The position numbers and the translations under genes are program-made. Under the pieces are notes generated by a model. The model saw nothing but the letters and a program-made list of their open reading frames with translations, made no database searches and was not told the origin of the DNA. Positions 49,874 through 59,803 of a stretch of 64,000 nt of DNA are shown here, one piece after another. Position 1 is the first letter of the stretch, and each line of letters opens with the position of its first letter. Origin of the DNA: Candidatus Neptunichlamydia sp. (GTDB taxonomy: Bacteria; Chlamydiota; Chlamydiia; Chlamydiales; Simkaniaceae); the NCBI GenBank assembly GCA_965233865.1, contig OZ247587.1, forward strand, positions 576,001 to 640,000, in the 5' to 3' direction.

Positions 49874-50752
49874 TTAAGAAACCGTCGTAAAGGGAAGCGC
49901 TACAGAAAGAGTCGTCACAACAACGAGGGAAAAGATAAACATTTTTCGGGCCCAGCGTGCATCATTTTTAGCAGAAAAGCCTTTGAGGGCAAAAATAAGC
50001 CAAGAAATGCTAACGAGCGCCATAATCATCATGAAGGTCAGCGTGGTATAGCCACAAAGAGTTAAAAGAGCCGTTGCCATAATGAATGCGAGAAGATACA
50101 CAGTCATATGAACCTTTGTCTTGTGCATTCCTTTAACGCGGGGGAAAACAGGAATTGAGGCTTTGCTATAGTCGCTGAGGCGATAGATAGCGATAGCAAA
50201 AAAATGAGGCATTTGCCACATGGCAATAATAGCAAATAGGATAAATGCACCAAGATCAATGGTATGCGCCGCGGCGGTATAGCCCACAACTGGAGGAATA
50301 GCGCCCGCAATACTTCCGATAAGAGTACCATAGGTCGTCTGGTACTTCGACAGTGAGTAGACAATCACGTAGAAGAAAAAACCTGTTAAAGCAACGCAGG
50401 TTGTCAATGGGTTTGTTCCTAAGGCAAGAGTCAATGTGCCTAAAAGACCAAGCCCTGTTCCGAAAAAGAGAGCTTTTCGATGGGGAATGATTCCACGAGC
50501 TAAGGCGCGATACTTTGTCCGATTCATTTTTGCATCGTGATTGCGATCGATATAGTTATTGAAAACACAAGCAGACGCAATGATTAGTCCAAGTCCTAGA
50601 ACCATAGATAGAAAAAGTCCTAAATCAAATTGTCCCCTTGCTGCTAAAGCATACCCTCCAGCAGTCGTCAATATATTCCCCAAGATAATCCCGGGTTTCG
50701 TCAGGAGAAGATAATGTTTTAGCGTTAGAGGCTTTCTTAGTGTATTTTCCAT
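49874..50752 (-). CDS. cyoE: Protoheme IX farnesyltransferase
   Basis: LTKPGI, NNYIDR..D.KM.RT..R, WQMPHF. Confidence 0.95.
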   Translation of the reverse strand: MENTLRKPLTLKHYLLLTKPGIILGNILTTAGGYALAARGQFDLGLFLSMVLGLGLIIASACVFNNYIDRNHDAKMNRTKYRALARGIIPHRKALFFGTGLGLLGTLTLALGTNPLTTCVALTGFFFYVIVYSLSKYQTTYGTLIGSIAGAIPPVVGYTAAAHTIDLGAFILFAIIAMWQMPHFFAIAIYRLSDYSKASIPVFPRVKGMHKTKVHMTVYLLAFIMATALLTLCGYTTLTFMMIMALVSISWLIFALKGFSAKNDARWARKMFIFSLVVVTTLSVALPFTTVS

Positions 50753-51082
50753 CTAATGCCCCATATGAAGCATGACATTGTAGTTTAAGTTGCTCATGAT
50801 CCAAAGCGTCCCTAAAATGATGCATATGATCAGTACAACTCCAAATACAAATATCCAGAGATTCCAGTGTGGCTTTTCTTCTAAGCCTAAATGGAGGAAA
50901 AAAATCAACTGAATCACAGCTAAAACGCACCCAATCGAAATGATCGATGACATGAGTAGCCCATGCGTTAGGTGATAGTGATCCACAATCCGATAAGCAG
51001 CCAGCACTAATACAAGAGAGATGATAAACCCAATCCATATAGGTTTAAAACTTATATTCCATCCATGATGTTGATCTATCAT
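50753..51082 (-). CDS. cyoD: Cytochrome bo3 oxidase subunit IV
   Basis: GFIISLVL, QLIFFLH, GTLWIMSNLN. Confidence 0.9.
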   Translation of the reverse strand: MIDQHHGWNISFKPIWIGFIISLVLVLAAYRIVDHYHLTHGLLMSSIISIGCVLAVIQLIFFLHLGLEEKPHWNLWIFVFGVVLIICIILGTLWIMSNLNYNVMLHMGH

Positions 51083-51672
51083 ATGATTCCCACTAGGTAA
51101 ACAATTGTATAAATAAAGACCCAAACAATATTGAGAAACTGCCAAAACATTTTAAGGCACGTTAAGCGTCGAACACAGCGTCCTGACACTCCAGAGCGAA
51201 AGACTGGTATAAGAAGAATAATCACCCAAAAAAGTGCAATGACTAAGTGGAGAAGAAACATTCCCACAAGAGTGAAAAATGCTGATGCAAAACCACTTTT
51301 TTCCCAGCCACTTCCAGCAGATATAAGATGGGAGAACTCATGAAGCTCCATTCCAAAAAAGATCAGCCCTAAAAAAAACGTGATAAGGAAAAAGGTAATC
51401 GCTCCCCCTTTCTTCCTTCTGTGAGTGTAACCCCCCCCAACTCCAACTGTAAAAGTACTAATGAGGAGTATAAATGTCTGGATGGTCGTATAGTCTAAAT
51501 TGAAGAGTTGTTTTTGGGTTGGGCCTCCAAAGTGATTTGAACCAAGCACAGCATAGGTCGCAAAAATAGCGGCAAACAGCATGAAATCAGTTAGCAGGTA
51601 AAGCCAAAAACCAAAAACTGTTTTGGAGTAAATATCGTGATAAGCATCAGGGCTAACCTCGTGCGTATTCAT
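51079..51672 (-). CDS. cyoC: Cytochrome bo3 oxidase subunit III
   Basis: FGFWLYLLTD, SAFFTLVG, FWQFLNIVW. Confidence 0.93.
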   Translation of the reverse strand: MNTHEVSPDAYHDIYSKTVFGFWLYLLTDFMLFAAIFATYAVLGSNHFGGPTQKQLFNLDYTTIQTFILLISTFTVGVGGGYTHRRKKGGAITFFLITFFLGLIFFGMELHEFSHLISAGSGWEKSGFASAFFTLVGMFLLHLVIALFWVIILLIPVFRSGVSGRCVRRLTCLKMFWQFLNIVWVFIYTIVYLVGII

Positions 51673-53633
51673 GTGGCTCTACTCCTCATTTCAATTTCTC
51701 TTACTTCCTCAGCCTTAACATAATAGTTTGTTTCCTTGACAAAGAGACGAGCGATTAAGGTAATCAAAATTCCCAGGGTACAGAGACCTGCCAGCCAGAA
51801 AATGTGCCAGACAAGAGCGAATCCTAAGACACAGCTTAAAATGCCAATGTTGACACCCACCATTGAGTTTTTCGGCATATGGATGTCTTGATACTTAAGC
51901 TTTCCTAGCTCTTTCTTCGATTTCTTCATCTCCCAAAAGGCATCTTTATCATGCACTTCAGGGATGATCGCAAAATTGTAGAAGGGAGGTGGAGAAGCTG
52001 TGGACCATTCAAGTGTCCGCCCATTCCAAGGATCTCCTGTCGTATCCTTTAATTTTTCGCGATTCTTAATACTTTTATAAAGTTGGGCTGCCTGGAACAG
52101 AACCCCGATAAAAATCAAAAGTCCTCCAATTGCAGCAACAATAAAGAGCGGTTGCCACCCATTACCATCAGGGTAGTGGTTGATCCGGCGTGGAGCTCCC
52201 ATAAATCCAAGAAGGTAGAGAGGGAAGAAGGCTACAAAAAAACCAACAAACCAAAACCAAAATGCGTATTTCCCAAGCTTTTCATCGAGTCTAAAACCGG
52301 CAAACTTCGGAAACCAATAGGAATATCCTGCAAAAGCTCCAAAGACGACCCCTCCAATAATCACATTATGAAAATGTGCAACTAAAAAGAGGCTATTATG
52401 AACTTGGAAATCAATTGCGGGGATTGCTAACATAACGCCTGTCATCCCTCCAGTAACGAAAACAAAAACAAAACCCATGAACCAAAGCATTGGAGTGGTA
52501 AATGTTACCTTTCCTCGGTACATAGTGAAAATCCAGTTAAAGACTTTTACTCCCGTAGGAACCGCAATAATCATCGTCATAATCCCGAAGAAAGCGTTGA
52601 CATTTGCTCCTGCTCCCATCGTGAAAAAATGGTGAAGCCATACTATAAAGGAGAGAAAAGTAATCACAGCAATCGCCCATACCATCGACTTATATCCGAA
52701 GAGTTTTTTGTGAGAAAACACAGGTACCAACTCAGAGAAAATTCCAAACGCCGGCAGAACCAAGATATAAACCTCCGGGTGTCCCCACGCCCATATCAAA
52801 TTGATATACATCATAGGATTCCCACCATAGCCAGAAGTAAAAATCTTTGTGTCTAAAAGACGATCGGTAGAAAGCATTCCGATTGTTCCTGTGAGAATGG
52901 GAAATGCAAAAATCACAAGGATCATCATTGCCAAAGTTGCCCAAACAAAAACAGGCATTCTCATCAGTTTCATTCCAGGGCAACGCATTTTCAAAATTGT
53001 CACGAGGAAATTGACCCCAGATAGGAGGGAGCCTATCCCTGATATCTGAACACTCCAGATCCAATAGTCTACCCCAACTCCTGGGTTGTATTTAAGACCG
53101 GCAAGGGGAGGATATGCGGTCCACCCCGTCCCGGCAAAGACTCCGATTACAAGCGAGATGAAGATATAGAGTCCTCCTGCTGTAAAGAGCCAGAAACTAA
53201 TCGAATTTAGGAGAGGAAAGGCCACATCTCGGGCTCCAATTTGGATCGGCAAAACCAAATTGATAATTCCGAATACAAGCCCCATCCCAACAAAAAAGAT
53301 CATGGTCACCCCATGAGCCGTAAAAATCTGCTGGAAGTGTTCTGCTCCCAGATATCCCATACACTCACCTGAAGCAACGGCTTGCTGCGCTCGCATCATC
53401 AATGCATCAACAAGCCCTTTGGCTAGCTGAATCCCCGAAAAGACGATATACATAACTCCAATTTTCTTATGATCAACAGATGTAAACCATTCTTTCCAAA
53501 GCCATCCCCACTTTTTATAATAAGTGAGAAGAGCAATAACGAGGATAGCTCCCCCGACTATGGTTACATCAGCAGCATATTCGATCCAATCGTGTTTAAA
53601 AGCATCTATTCCGAGTCTTCCAAATAACCTCAT
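51669..53633 (-). CDS. cyoB: Cytochrome bo3 ubiquinol oxidase subunit I
   Basis: SVDHKKIG, D..MMR.QQ (quinol site), WGHPEVY, WLHH, VAHFH, RR. Confidence 0.97.
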   Translation of the reverse strand: MRLFGRLGIDAFKHDWIEYAADVTIVGGAILVIALLTYYKKWGWLWKEWFTSVDHKKIGVMYIVFSGIQLAKGLVDALMMRAQQAVASGECMGYLGAEHFQQIFTAHGVTMIFFVGMGLVFGIINLVLPIQIGARDVAFPLLNSISFWLFTAGGLYIFISLVIGVFAGTGWTAYPPLAGLKYNPGVGVDYWIWSVQISGIGSLLSGVNFLVTILKMRCPGMKLMRMPVFVWATLAMMILVIFAFPILTGTIGMLSTDRLLDTKIFTSGYGGNPMMYINLIWAWGHPEVYILVLPAFGIFSELVPVFSHKKLFGYKSMVWAIAVITFLSFIVWLHHFFTMGAGANVNAFFGIMTMIIAVPTGVKVFNWIFTMYRGKVTFTTPMLWFMGFVFVFVTGGMTGVMLAIPAIDFQVHNSLFLVAHFHNVIIGGVVFGAFAGYSYWFPKFAGFRLDEKLGKYAFWFWFVGFFVAFFPLYLLGFMGAPRRINHYPDGNGWQPLFIVAAIGGLLIFIGVLFQAAQLYKSIKNREKLKDTTGDPWNGRTLEWSTASPPPFYNFAIIPEVHDKDAFWEMKKSKKELGKLKYQDIHMPKNSMVGVNIGILSCVLGFALVWHIFWLAGLCTLGILITLIARLFVKETNYYVKAEEVREIEMRSRAT

Positions 53634-53635
53634 TT

Positions 53636-54496
53636 CTATTTTCCTTCCGGCATGTATTGCATTAATATTTGATCAAAAAGGTGGGTTTGCACCTTTCCGT
53701 AAACCTCCATAGGAACATATTGACTTGGCTCTGCGAGCTGTTTATAAGACTCCCAAGTTAGGCTTTCCCTTGAAGATTTTACCTGCCCTACCCAATCTTG
53801 AAAGTCTTGTTCCGTACTGGATACTGCTTTAAAAATCATTCCTGCAAACCCTTTTCCACTGATGTTTGTATTGCGTCCCTCAAACTCTCCTAGCTCATCA
53901 GCAATCAGATGGAGTTGTGTACGCATCGCGGGCATTGCATAAATCTGCCCTCCTAGCTGAGGGATCCAAAATGAATTCATTGGGGCCTCAGCAGTGAGAA
54001 CAAAATTGATCGGCGTTTTTTCTGGGAATTGTACATAATTGACTGTGGCAATTCCTTGCTCAGGATAAATAAATAACCATTTCCAATTGAGAGCTACAGC
54101 TTGGATCTCAATTGGTTTTGTTCCATTCACAATAGGCTTAAATGGGTTGAGGTCGTGACTGGTTTTCCATGTGATTACAGCAAGAATAATAATAATTACA
54201 ACAGGGACCCCCCACCAACAACACTCTGCAATGCTGTTATGCTCCCAATCAGGGGTATGTTTTGCTCCTCTTTCCTCGCGATATTTCCACCCAAAAACAA
54301 CGGCCAAAATCATGACTGGTATAACCACAATAAGCATCAACAAAGAACAGGTGATAATCAATTCCCGCTCTTTCATACCGATCATCCCTTTCGGCTCTAG
54401 TATAGGAATGTTGTGTTTGGTGACAAAAATTGCTGTCAGCGCTCCAACAGCAACAATGAGGAGAGTGATAATAATGACTTTAAAAATTCTTTTCAT
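53636..54496 (-). CDS. cyoA: Cytochrome bo3 ubiquinol oxidase subunit II
   Basis: PKG.IG, WKWLFIYP, MNSFWIPQLGGQIYAM; no CuA cysteines. Confidence 0.95.
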   Translation of the reverse strand: MKRIFKVIIITLLIVAVGALTAIFVTKHNIPILEPKGMIGMKERELIITCSLLMLIVVIPVMILAVVFGWKYREERGAKHTPDWEHNSIAECCWWGVPVVIIIILAVITWKTSHDLNPFKPIVNGTKPIEIQAVALNWKWLFIYPEQGIATVNYVQFPEKTPINFVLTAEAPMNSFWIPQLGGQIYAMPAMRTQLHLIADELGEFEGRNTNISGKGFAGMIFKAVSSTEQDFQDWVGQVKSSRESLTWESYKQLAEPSQYVPMEVYGKVQTHLFDQILMQYMPEGK

Positions 54497-54694
54497 CTCA
54501 AGGTATTCTCAAAAAAAAATTACACTAATTTGTGGTTCTACAATATAATGCGCATCTTGTCTACAATAAAAAATTATGAGTATAAAAATAGCAATTAGTT
54601 CAGACGAGTACCTCCCCACATGGGAGAGCGAGCAAAAATCCGTTCAGAAGAAGGCGAAGGCATTGTTGAAAACCAAGAGTCTTTCAATAAAAAT

Positions 54695-56014
54695 GGGAGT
54701 GTAATCTAAACTGTGTAAACGGTCATTAGGCTTCAACTCTTTTTGAGATCCTATCTTCATAAGCTATCCCAAAATATGAGATGGCTTCTTCCCAGCCCCT
54801 TACAGGCATTGTCCACTTCTTTTCTACTCCATCAGAAACCAGATATAGCATCTTTAAAAGAGACTCGTCTGTGGGGGAAACTGCCTTATTTTTTGTCACT
54901 TTTCTAAACTGCCTATGCAGTGATTCTATTGCGTTCGTTGTGTAAGCCAATCTCCGAGCCTCATCAGGAAACTGGAAGAATGTCTTCAGGTTTTCCCAAT
55001 GCGTCATCCAAGGCTTGACAGATAAAGCATATTTCCTTCCCCATTTTTCGCCCAGAGCAAGCAGAAGACTTTCTCTTTTTGCCTCAGTGGGGGCCTGGTA
55101 AATTTCCTTGAGATCTTTTAAGAACTCTTTGACATGTTTAGAGAGCACATATTTGATAGAGTTTCGAATCATATGGATGATACAAAGCTGAACTTCTGTA
55201 TCAGGAAATACGGATTTCAAGGCCTCAGGCAGACCCTTGGATCCATCCATACACGCAATAAGGATGTCTTCTACACTTCGATTCTTTAACTCAGTGAATA
55301 CTTGAAGCCACAACTTTGCTCCCTCACTTTCACCTATCCAGGCCCCTAAAATCTCTTTATAACCCTCTATATTGATTCCTAAGCAGGTATAAGCGGCTTT
55401 GGTTACCACTTTGCTTCCTTCCCTGACTTTGTAATGTATCGCATCAAAAAAGATGATAGGGTAAATGTTTGACAAAGGACGCGATTGCCATTCTGCGGCA
55501 ACTTCCAATACCTTATCAGTAATATTTGAGACCATAGCAGGAGAGATATCTGCTCCATAGAGCTCTTTAATATGCCCCTGAATATCACGAGTCGTCATAC
55601 CCCGAGCATACATTGAGATAATCTTATCATTAGAGGAGCTGATATGACCATCCCTCTTCTTAATTAGCTTGGGCTCAAACTCGCTTTTCCTATCTCGAGG
55701 TACTTCTATCTCTATAGGTCCATGCGTGTTCTGTATGACTTTTTTGTTTTTCCCATTCCGGTTGTTATCGGTATTATTACCCTTGATGGCGTGCTCTTCA
55801 TATCCTAAGTGCCCTTCCATCTCTTTCTCGAGCATTTTCTCAACCATTCCACCAATGAGCTTTTGGATTAGCCCATTTTGACCGGTTAGGTCTTCCATGG
55901 TTGCGCACTTATCTAATTCTTCTTCGAAATCATAATTCATGATTTATCCTTGTGTGAAATCAACGTTATTTTTCCTTAACATTTTTTCATTTACACAGTT
56001 ATTCTTACAGTCTC
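54695..56014 (-). mobile_element. IS256-family element, apparently complete
   Basis: IRs GGGAGTGTAA...ACTGTGTAAA / TTTACACAGT...TTACAGTCTC; 8-bp TSD ATAAAAAT at 54687-54694 and 56015-56022. Confidence 0.95.
54726..55940 (-). CDS. IS256 transposase
   Basis: VPRDR..FEP, MYARGMTTRDI, FFDA, MDG.KGL, QLCIIH, YTTNAIE (DDE intact). Confidence 0.95.
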   Translation of the reverse strand: MNYDFEEELDKCATMEDLTGQNGLIQKLIGGMVEKMLEKEMEGHLGYEEHAIKGNNTDNNRNGKNKKVIQNTHGPIEIEVPRDRKSEFEPKLIKKRDGHISSSNDKIISMYARGMTTRDIQGHIKELYGADISPAMVSNITDKVLEVAAEWQSRPLSNIYPIIFFDAIHYKVREGSKVVTKAAYTCLGINIEGYKEILGAWIGESEGAKLWLQVFTELKNRSVEDILIACMDGSKGLPEALKSVFPDTEVQLCIIHMIRNSIKYVLSKHVKEFLKDLKEIYQAPTEAKRESLLLALGEKWGRKYALSVKPWMTHWENLKTFFQFPDEARRLAYTTNAIESLHRQFRKVTKNKAVSPTDESLLKMLYLVSDGVEKKWTMPVRGWEEAISYFGIAYEDRISKRVEA

Positions 56015-56349
56015 ATAAAAATTTAATATTATTGACTCTCTCATTTTGGAGTAACCTGATTGGCTAGCGGCCCACCCACCCTCATTGATACGATCAATTA
56101 CGCACTATCAGAGAAGGTAATCGCTGCTCAGGCGGTTGCTAAACTTCAAGAACTGGGACTCATTCACTATGAATGAGAAGCTTGGTGAAGGTGCTTTTGT
56201 AACTTTTTCAAAAGTTGTTGACGGGGTTCCTCTATGGAACCGTGTACGTATCGCTCTACTCAAATGGGTATGCTCATAACGATCTTCATCAATCGACTGA
56301 TAGTTTCTAGACTTTAGCCTTGCACAAAAGGTCAATCAAGAAAAAGTCA

Positions 56350-57179
56350 AGATTTCTACCCATAAAGCCAAACATCTGATCTGAACCGCAGCCAAGAAAG
56401 AGGATGCATGCTTAGCATAGTGTGTAGCAATTCCTCTCCATCGCTTCAAATGTAAAAAAGCATTTTCTACAAGATGTCTCAATTTATAGAGATGCTTATC
56501 ATAAGCTCTCTTGCTTTTCCTATTTTTTCTGGGAAGGGTAACCGTCTTCATTCCTTGAGAGTTCGTTTGAGTTACGATTGCATCGCTGTCATAACCCCGA
56601 TCTGCTAGTAGGTAATCGGCGTTAATTCCCTCTATTAGGTGTTTGGCCTGAAGGTAGTCTGATTGAGTACCTGACGTAATAATCGCTCTGACCGGCATAC
56701 CATGCGAATCCACGGCCAAATGCAATTTCGTGTTGAGCCCCCTTTTGTCCGAGCCATATCTTGATTGCCACCTTGTGCACCTGCTGCGTGAGAGTGAACT
56801 TTGATATGGGTTGCATCGATCATTAACCACTCGTAATCAGGATCGTCCACTACTTTTTCCAGAAGAAGTTCCCAGACACCTTTATTCCCCCAACGGATAA
56901 AACGACGATGCACATTTCCCCAGTTCCCATAGTCTGGAGGTAAGTCACGCCATGGAGCTCCGGTACGAATAATCCAAAAAACCGCGTTGATAAATCGCCG
57001 ATTATCTTGTGCTACCCCTCCCCACACCCCTCTTCTTCCTAGAAGATAAGGTTCAAGTTTTTTTCAAATTCGATCTGAAAATATCGTGACGTCTGTGCGC
57101 TGGTACGGTCATCTCTAAACCTCTCCTTGAAAGTTTAAGAAACCAGCTTAGCACAAATTTAAACTTGTGTTTACACTAT
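56350..57179 (-). mobile_element. IS5-family element copy 2 (3' IR lost, 5' frameshift)
   Basis: Near-identical to 3498-4286; IR GTGTTTACACTAT followed by CTAG; motifs LLADRGYDSD and RHLVENAFLHLKRWRGIAT. Confidence 0.9.
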
Positions 57180-57309
57180 CTAGCCTCTATTGGTTCGAAG
57201 CAAAAATTGTCACGAAACCCAAAATTCGGTGACCTTTTATATAATCCAGAGAGAGGACTCCTTTCCGGAAATTCCCCCTACTCTAGAAATGAAACCGTGA
57301 ACCACCCAT

Positions 57310-58614
57310 TTACAGGACTTTAGCAGCAATTGCGGCTAGCTGTGACCTCTCCGTTTTCTCGAACATGATGTGACCATAAATTGGTTCCTTCTTAAAACGA
57401 CTCACCACATAAGTAAGAGCATTTGAGTCTTTATCAAGATAAGGATTATCGATCTGTGTCGGATCGCCCGTAAGAATCACCTTGGTCCCCTTGCCGGCTC
57501 TTGAGACAATTGTTTTCACTTCATGGGGTGTCAAATTCTGCGCCTCATCAATAATGATATAGGTATGAGCTAGAGAACGCCCCCGTATAAAGGTAACCGC
57601 TTCCATCTCAATCTTTTCACTTTCCATGATCCATTGCTTTGTATCTGACGCATTCCCAGATCCTGATGTTGACTCGCAGATATACTCGAGGTTATCATAG
57701 ATCGGCTGCATCCAGTGATACATCTTTTCTTCCTTTGTTCCCGGAAGATATCCAATATCTTTTCCAAGTGGCATAATGGGCCTTGAGATAAGAATCCGGT
57801 TATACCCCCCCTCATCAAAAGTTTTGCGAAGGCCGACCGTAAGAGCCATCAAGGTTTTCCCCGTTCCTGCCTGTCCGACCATTGTAATCAATTTGATATC
57901 GTCATTCATGAGCATATCCATGGCACACTCTTGCTCATCATTGAGGGGTTTTATTCCCCATACCTCTTTAGTCTGCCCCTTTACCTGCTCGACTCTCTTC
58001 TTTTTTGGGTTATAAATTCCCATGGCTATTGACTTTTCAGGGCAATGAAAGCGCACGTATTCGTTTGCGATCATATCTTCGCCTGGTAGCTCAACAAACC
58101 CTTTTGTCATAAAGGTATCAATCTCCCCCTTGGGGAGTTCAACCTTTCTAAACCCTCGATAGAGGTTATCGAAAGATTCCTTGAGACTTTCATAATTCTG
58201 AGCCTTGATACCAATCGATTCCGCTTTAATCCTTAAAACGAAATCTTTTGAGATCATAATGACCACTTCTCGCCCCATCTGCTTTAATTTATATGCGCAG
58301 AAAAGAATACGGTGTTTGTTGCTATCCAGAGGAAGAGGAAACCCTTCCTTTTTAACTGATTTATCTTCGACAAAGACAGAAAATGTTGCTCCATTTTCTA
58401 ACTTAATTCCTTTAAATATATCCCCTTTGATCTCATCAACAAAGCGAATCACTTGCCGTGCATTCTTTCCCAGTTCATTGCTGAACCGTTTCATCTTATC
58501 TAACTCTTCTAATACTACTAGAGGCATTACGACATCGTTGTCCTCAAATTTCTGAATCGCTTCCGGATCATGCAGTAAAACGTTTGTATCCAGGACAAAA
58601 GTCTTGCTTTCCAT
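57310..58614 (-). CDS. PhoH-family protein with PIN domain and ATPase (YlaK/CT015-like)
   Basis: VLDTNVLLHDP, EELD..K, GQAGTGKT, GYLPG, RGRS, IDEAQN, GDPTQID. Confidence 0.93.
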   Translation of the reverse strand: MESKTFVLDTNVLLHDPEAIQKFEDNDVVMPLVVLEELDKMKRFSNELGKNARQVIRFVDEIKGDIFKGIKLENGATFSVFVEDKSVKKEGFPLPLDSNKHRILFCAYKLKQMGREVVIMISKDFVLRIKAESIGIKAQNYESLKESFDNLYRGFRKVELPKGEIDTFMTKGFVELPGEDMIANEYVRFHCPEKSIAMGIYNPKKKRVEQVKGQTKEVWGIKPLNDEQECAMDMLMNDDIKLITMVGQAGTGKTLMALTVGLRKTFDEGGYNRILISRPIMPLGKDIGYLPGTKEEKMYHWMQPIYDNLEYICESTSGSGNASDTKQWIMESEKIEMEAVTFIRGRSLAHTYIIIDEAQNLTPHEVKTIVSRAGKGTKVILTGDPTQIDNPYLDKDSNALTYVVSRFKKEPIYGHIMFEKTERSQLAAIAAKVL

Positions 58615-58909
58615 AAGCTTGCTCCTTTTCAATCATTTATTATTCAGTAAATTACAGTACCTACTGAACCTCGTTAAATCGCATTCCCTTCCTTCTTTAT
58701 AATCGAATTTTTATTCTTGCCAAGCAAATCCTATCAAGAAAGATTCAAAAATTTTGAAGGTGATTGATCCAAGCTATCTTACGATTTCAAAAGCTATTAT
58801 CAGGTCCAATAAATAGAAAATGATCTAAAACATCAATTCATAAACACCTTATATATAATTTACTATAATTGCATTCAGCAGTCAGGTCAGATGAGTGCTA
58901 GCTTTTTCG

Positions 58910-58938
58910 TTGACTGAGAATAGGATGATCTATATAAT
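58910..58938 (+). promoter_or_regulatory. Sigma66/70 promoter
   Basis: TTGACT-N17-TATAAT upstream of ATG 58978. Confidence 0.75.
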
Positions 58939-58977
58939 GGGGTAGGTCCTAATAAACCATCTGAAATAGAGGATGAT

Positions 58978-59709
58978 ATGAAGAAAATCAATCATAAAAT
59001 TTTAAGCATCCCTCCTTACATCTCTACATCATGGAAGAATATCAATACGCTTCATATGAAAGAGATCGAAGGAAAACAGGTTCTGGTCATCGTCCTTCAT
59101 AATGGGACTCTGATCGAGATTCCAGGACTCGAAGATAAGCTCATCGAGCAAATCTTTGATGCCCACTCTCAATATGTGGACCATGAGACGAAAGAACCTC
59201 AAGCCGAGTCTCTCAAAACTTTTGAGCCAACATCTGAGAAAGGAAATGATGCTTCTCTTTCCTTTGGAATTCCATTTCAGATGAATGGAGTAGAAGGAGC
59301 TGAAAATATCAGTTCGTTTCTTCAACACAACCCTGAGCAAGCAAACACTCCAAAAATGCCGCCTGATGTCATTGAAAAAATCACATTGATTACCAAAGCC
59401 CTTGGAATGGACATGGAACAAATGAACATTCCTAAAGCGGAGCCCCACTGTAATTGCCCTTACTGCCAAATCGCAAAAGTCATTCAAGGCGAGTCAAAGG
59501 ATTCTCCTAAGGAAGAGATCGAAGAAGAAGTCACCGAAGACGACCTACGCTTCCGCAACTGGGATATCAAACAAGAAGGAGACAAGCTCTATATTGTTTC
59601 CAATCCACTAGATGCAAATGAGCACTATCAAGTCTTTTTGGGTAATCCTGTCGGGTGTACGTGTGGCGAAAAAAACTGCGAACACGTTCGCACTGTTCTT
59701 AACAGTTAA
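58978..59709 (+). CDS. Conserved chlamydial protein (CT016-like) with Cys/His metal motifs
   Basis: ILSIPPYISTSW, EPHCNCPYCQI, C-terminal GCTCG..NCEH (SWIM-like). Confidence 0.8.
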   Translation: MKKINHKILSIPPYISTSWKNINTLHMKEIEGKQVLVIVLHNGTLIEIPGLEDKLIEQIFDAHSQYVDHETKEPQAESLKTFEPTSEKGNDASLSFGIPFQMNGVEGAENISSFLQHNPEQANTPKMPPDVIEKITLITKALGMDMEQMNIPKAEPHCNCPYCQIAKVIQGESKDSPKEEIEEEVTEDDLRFRNWDIKQEGDKLYIVSNPLDANEHYQVFLGNPVGCTCGEKNCEHVRTVLNS

Positions 59710-59803
59710 TACTGGGCAAGTTCCTTCACTTTATCCTGGCCATTTAAACAGTCATTCTCTAGAATGAGAAAGTAGAACACTTTTCTTATTAGGAGTACGA
59801 ATT

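Noticed and set aside
56108..56335. 75-aa ORF between IS256 and IS5
   Set aside because: It has no recognisable motif and is likely debris.
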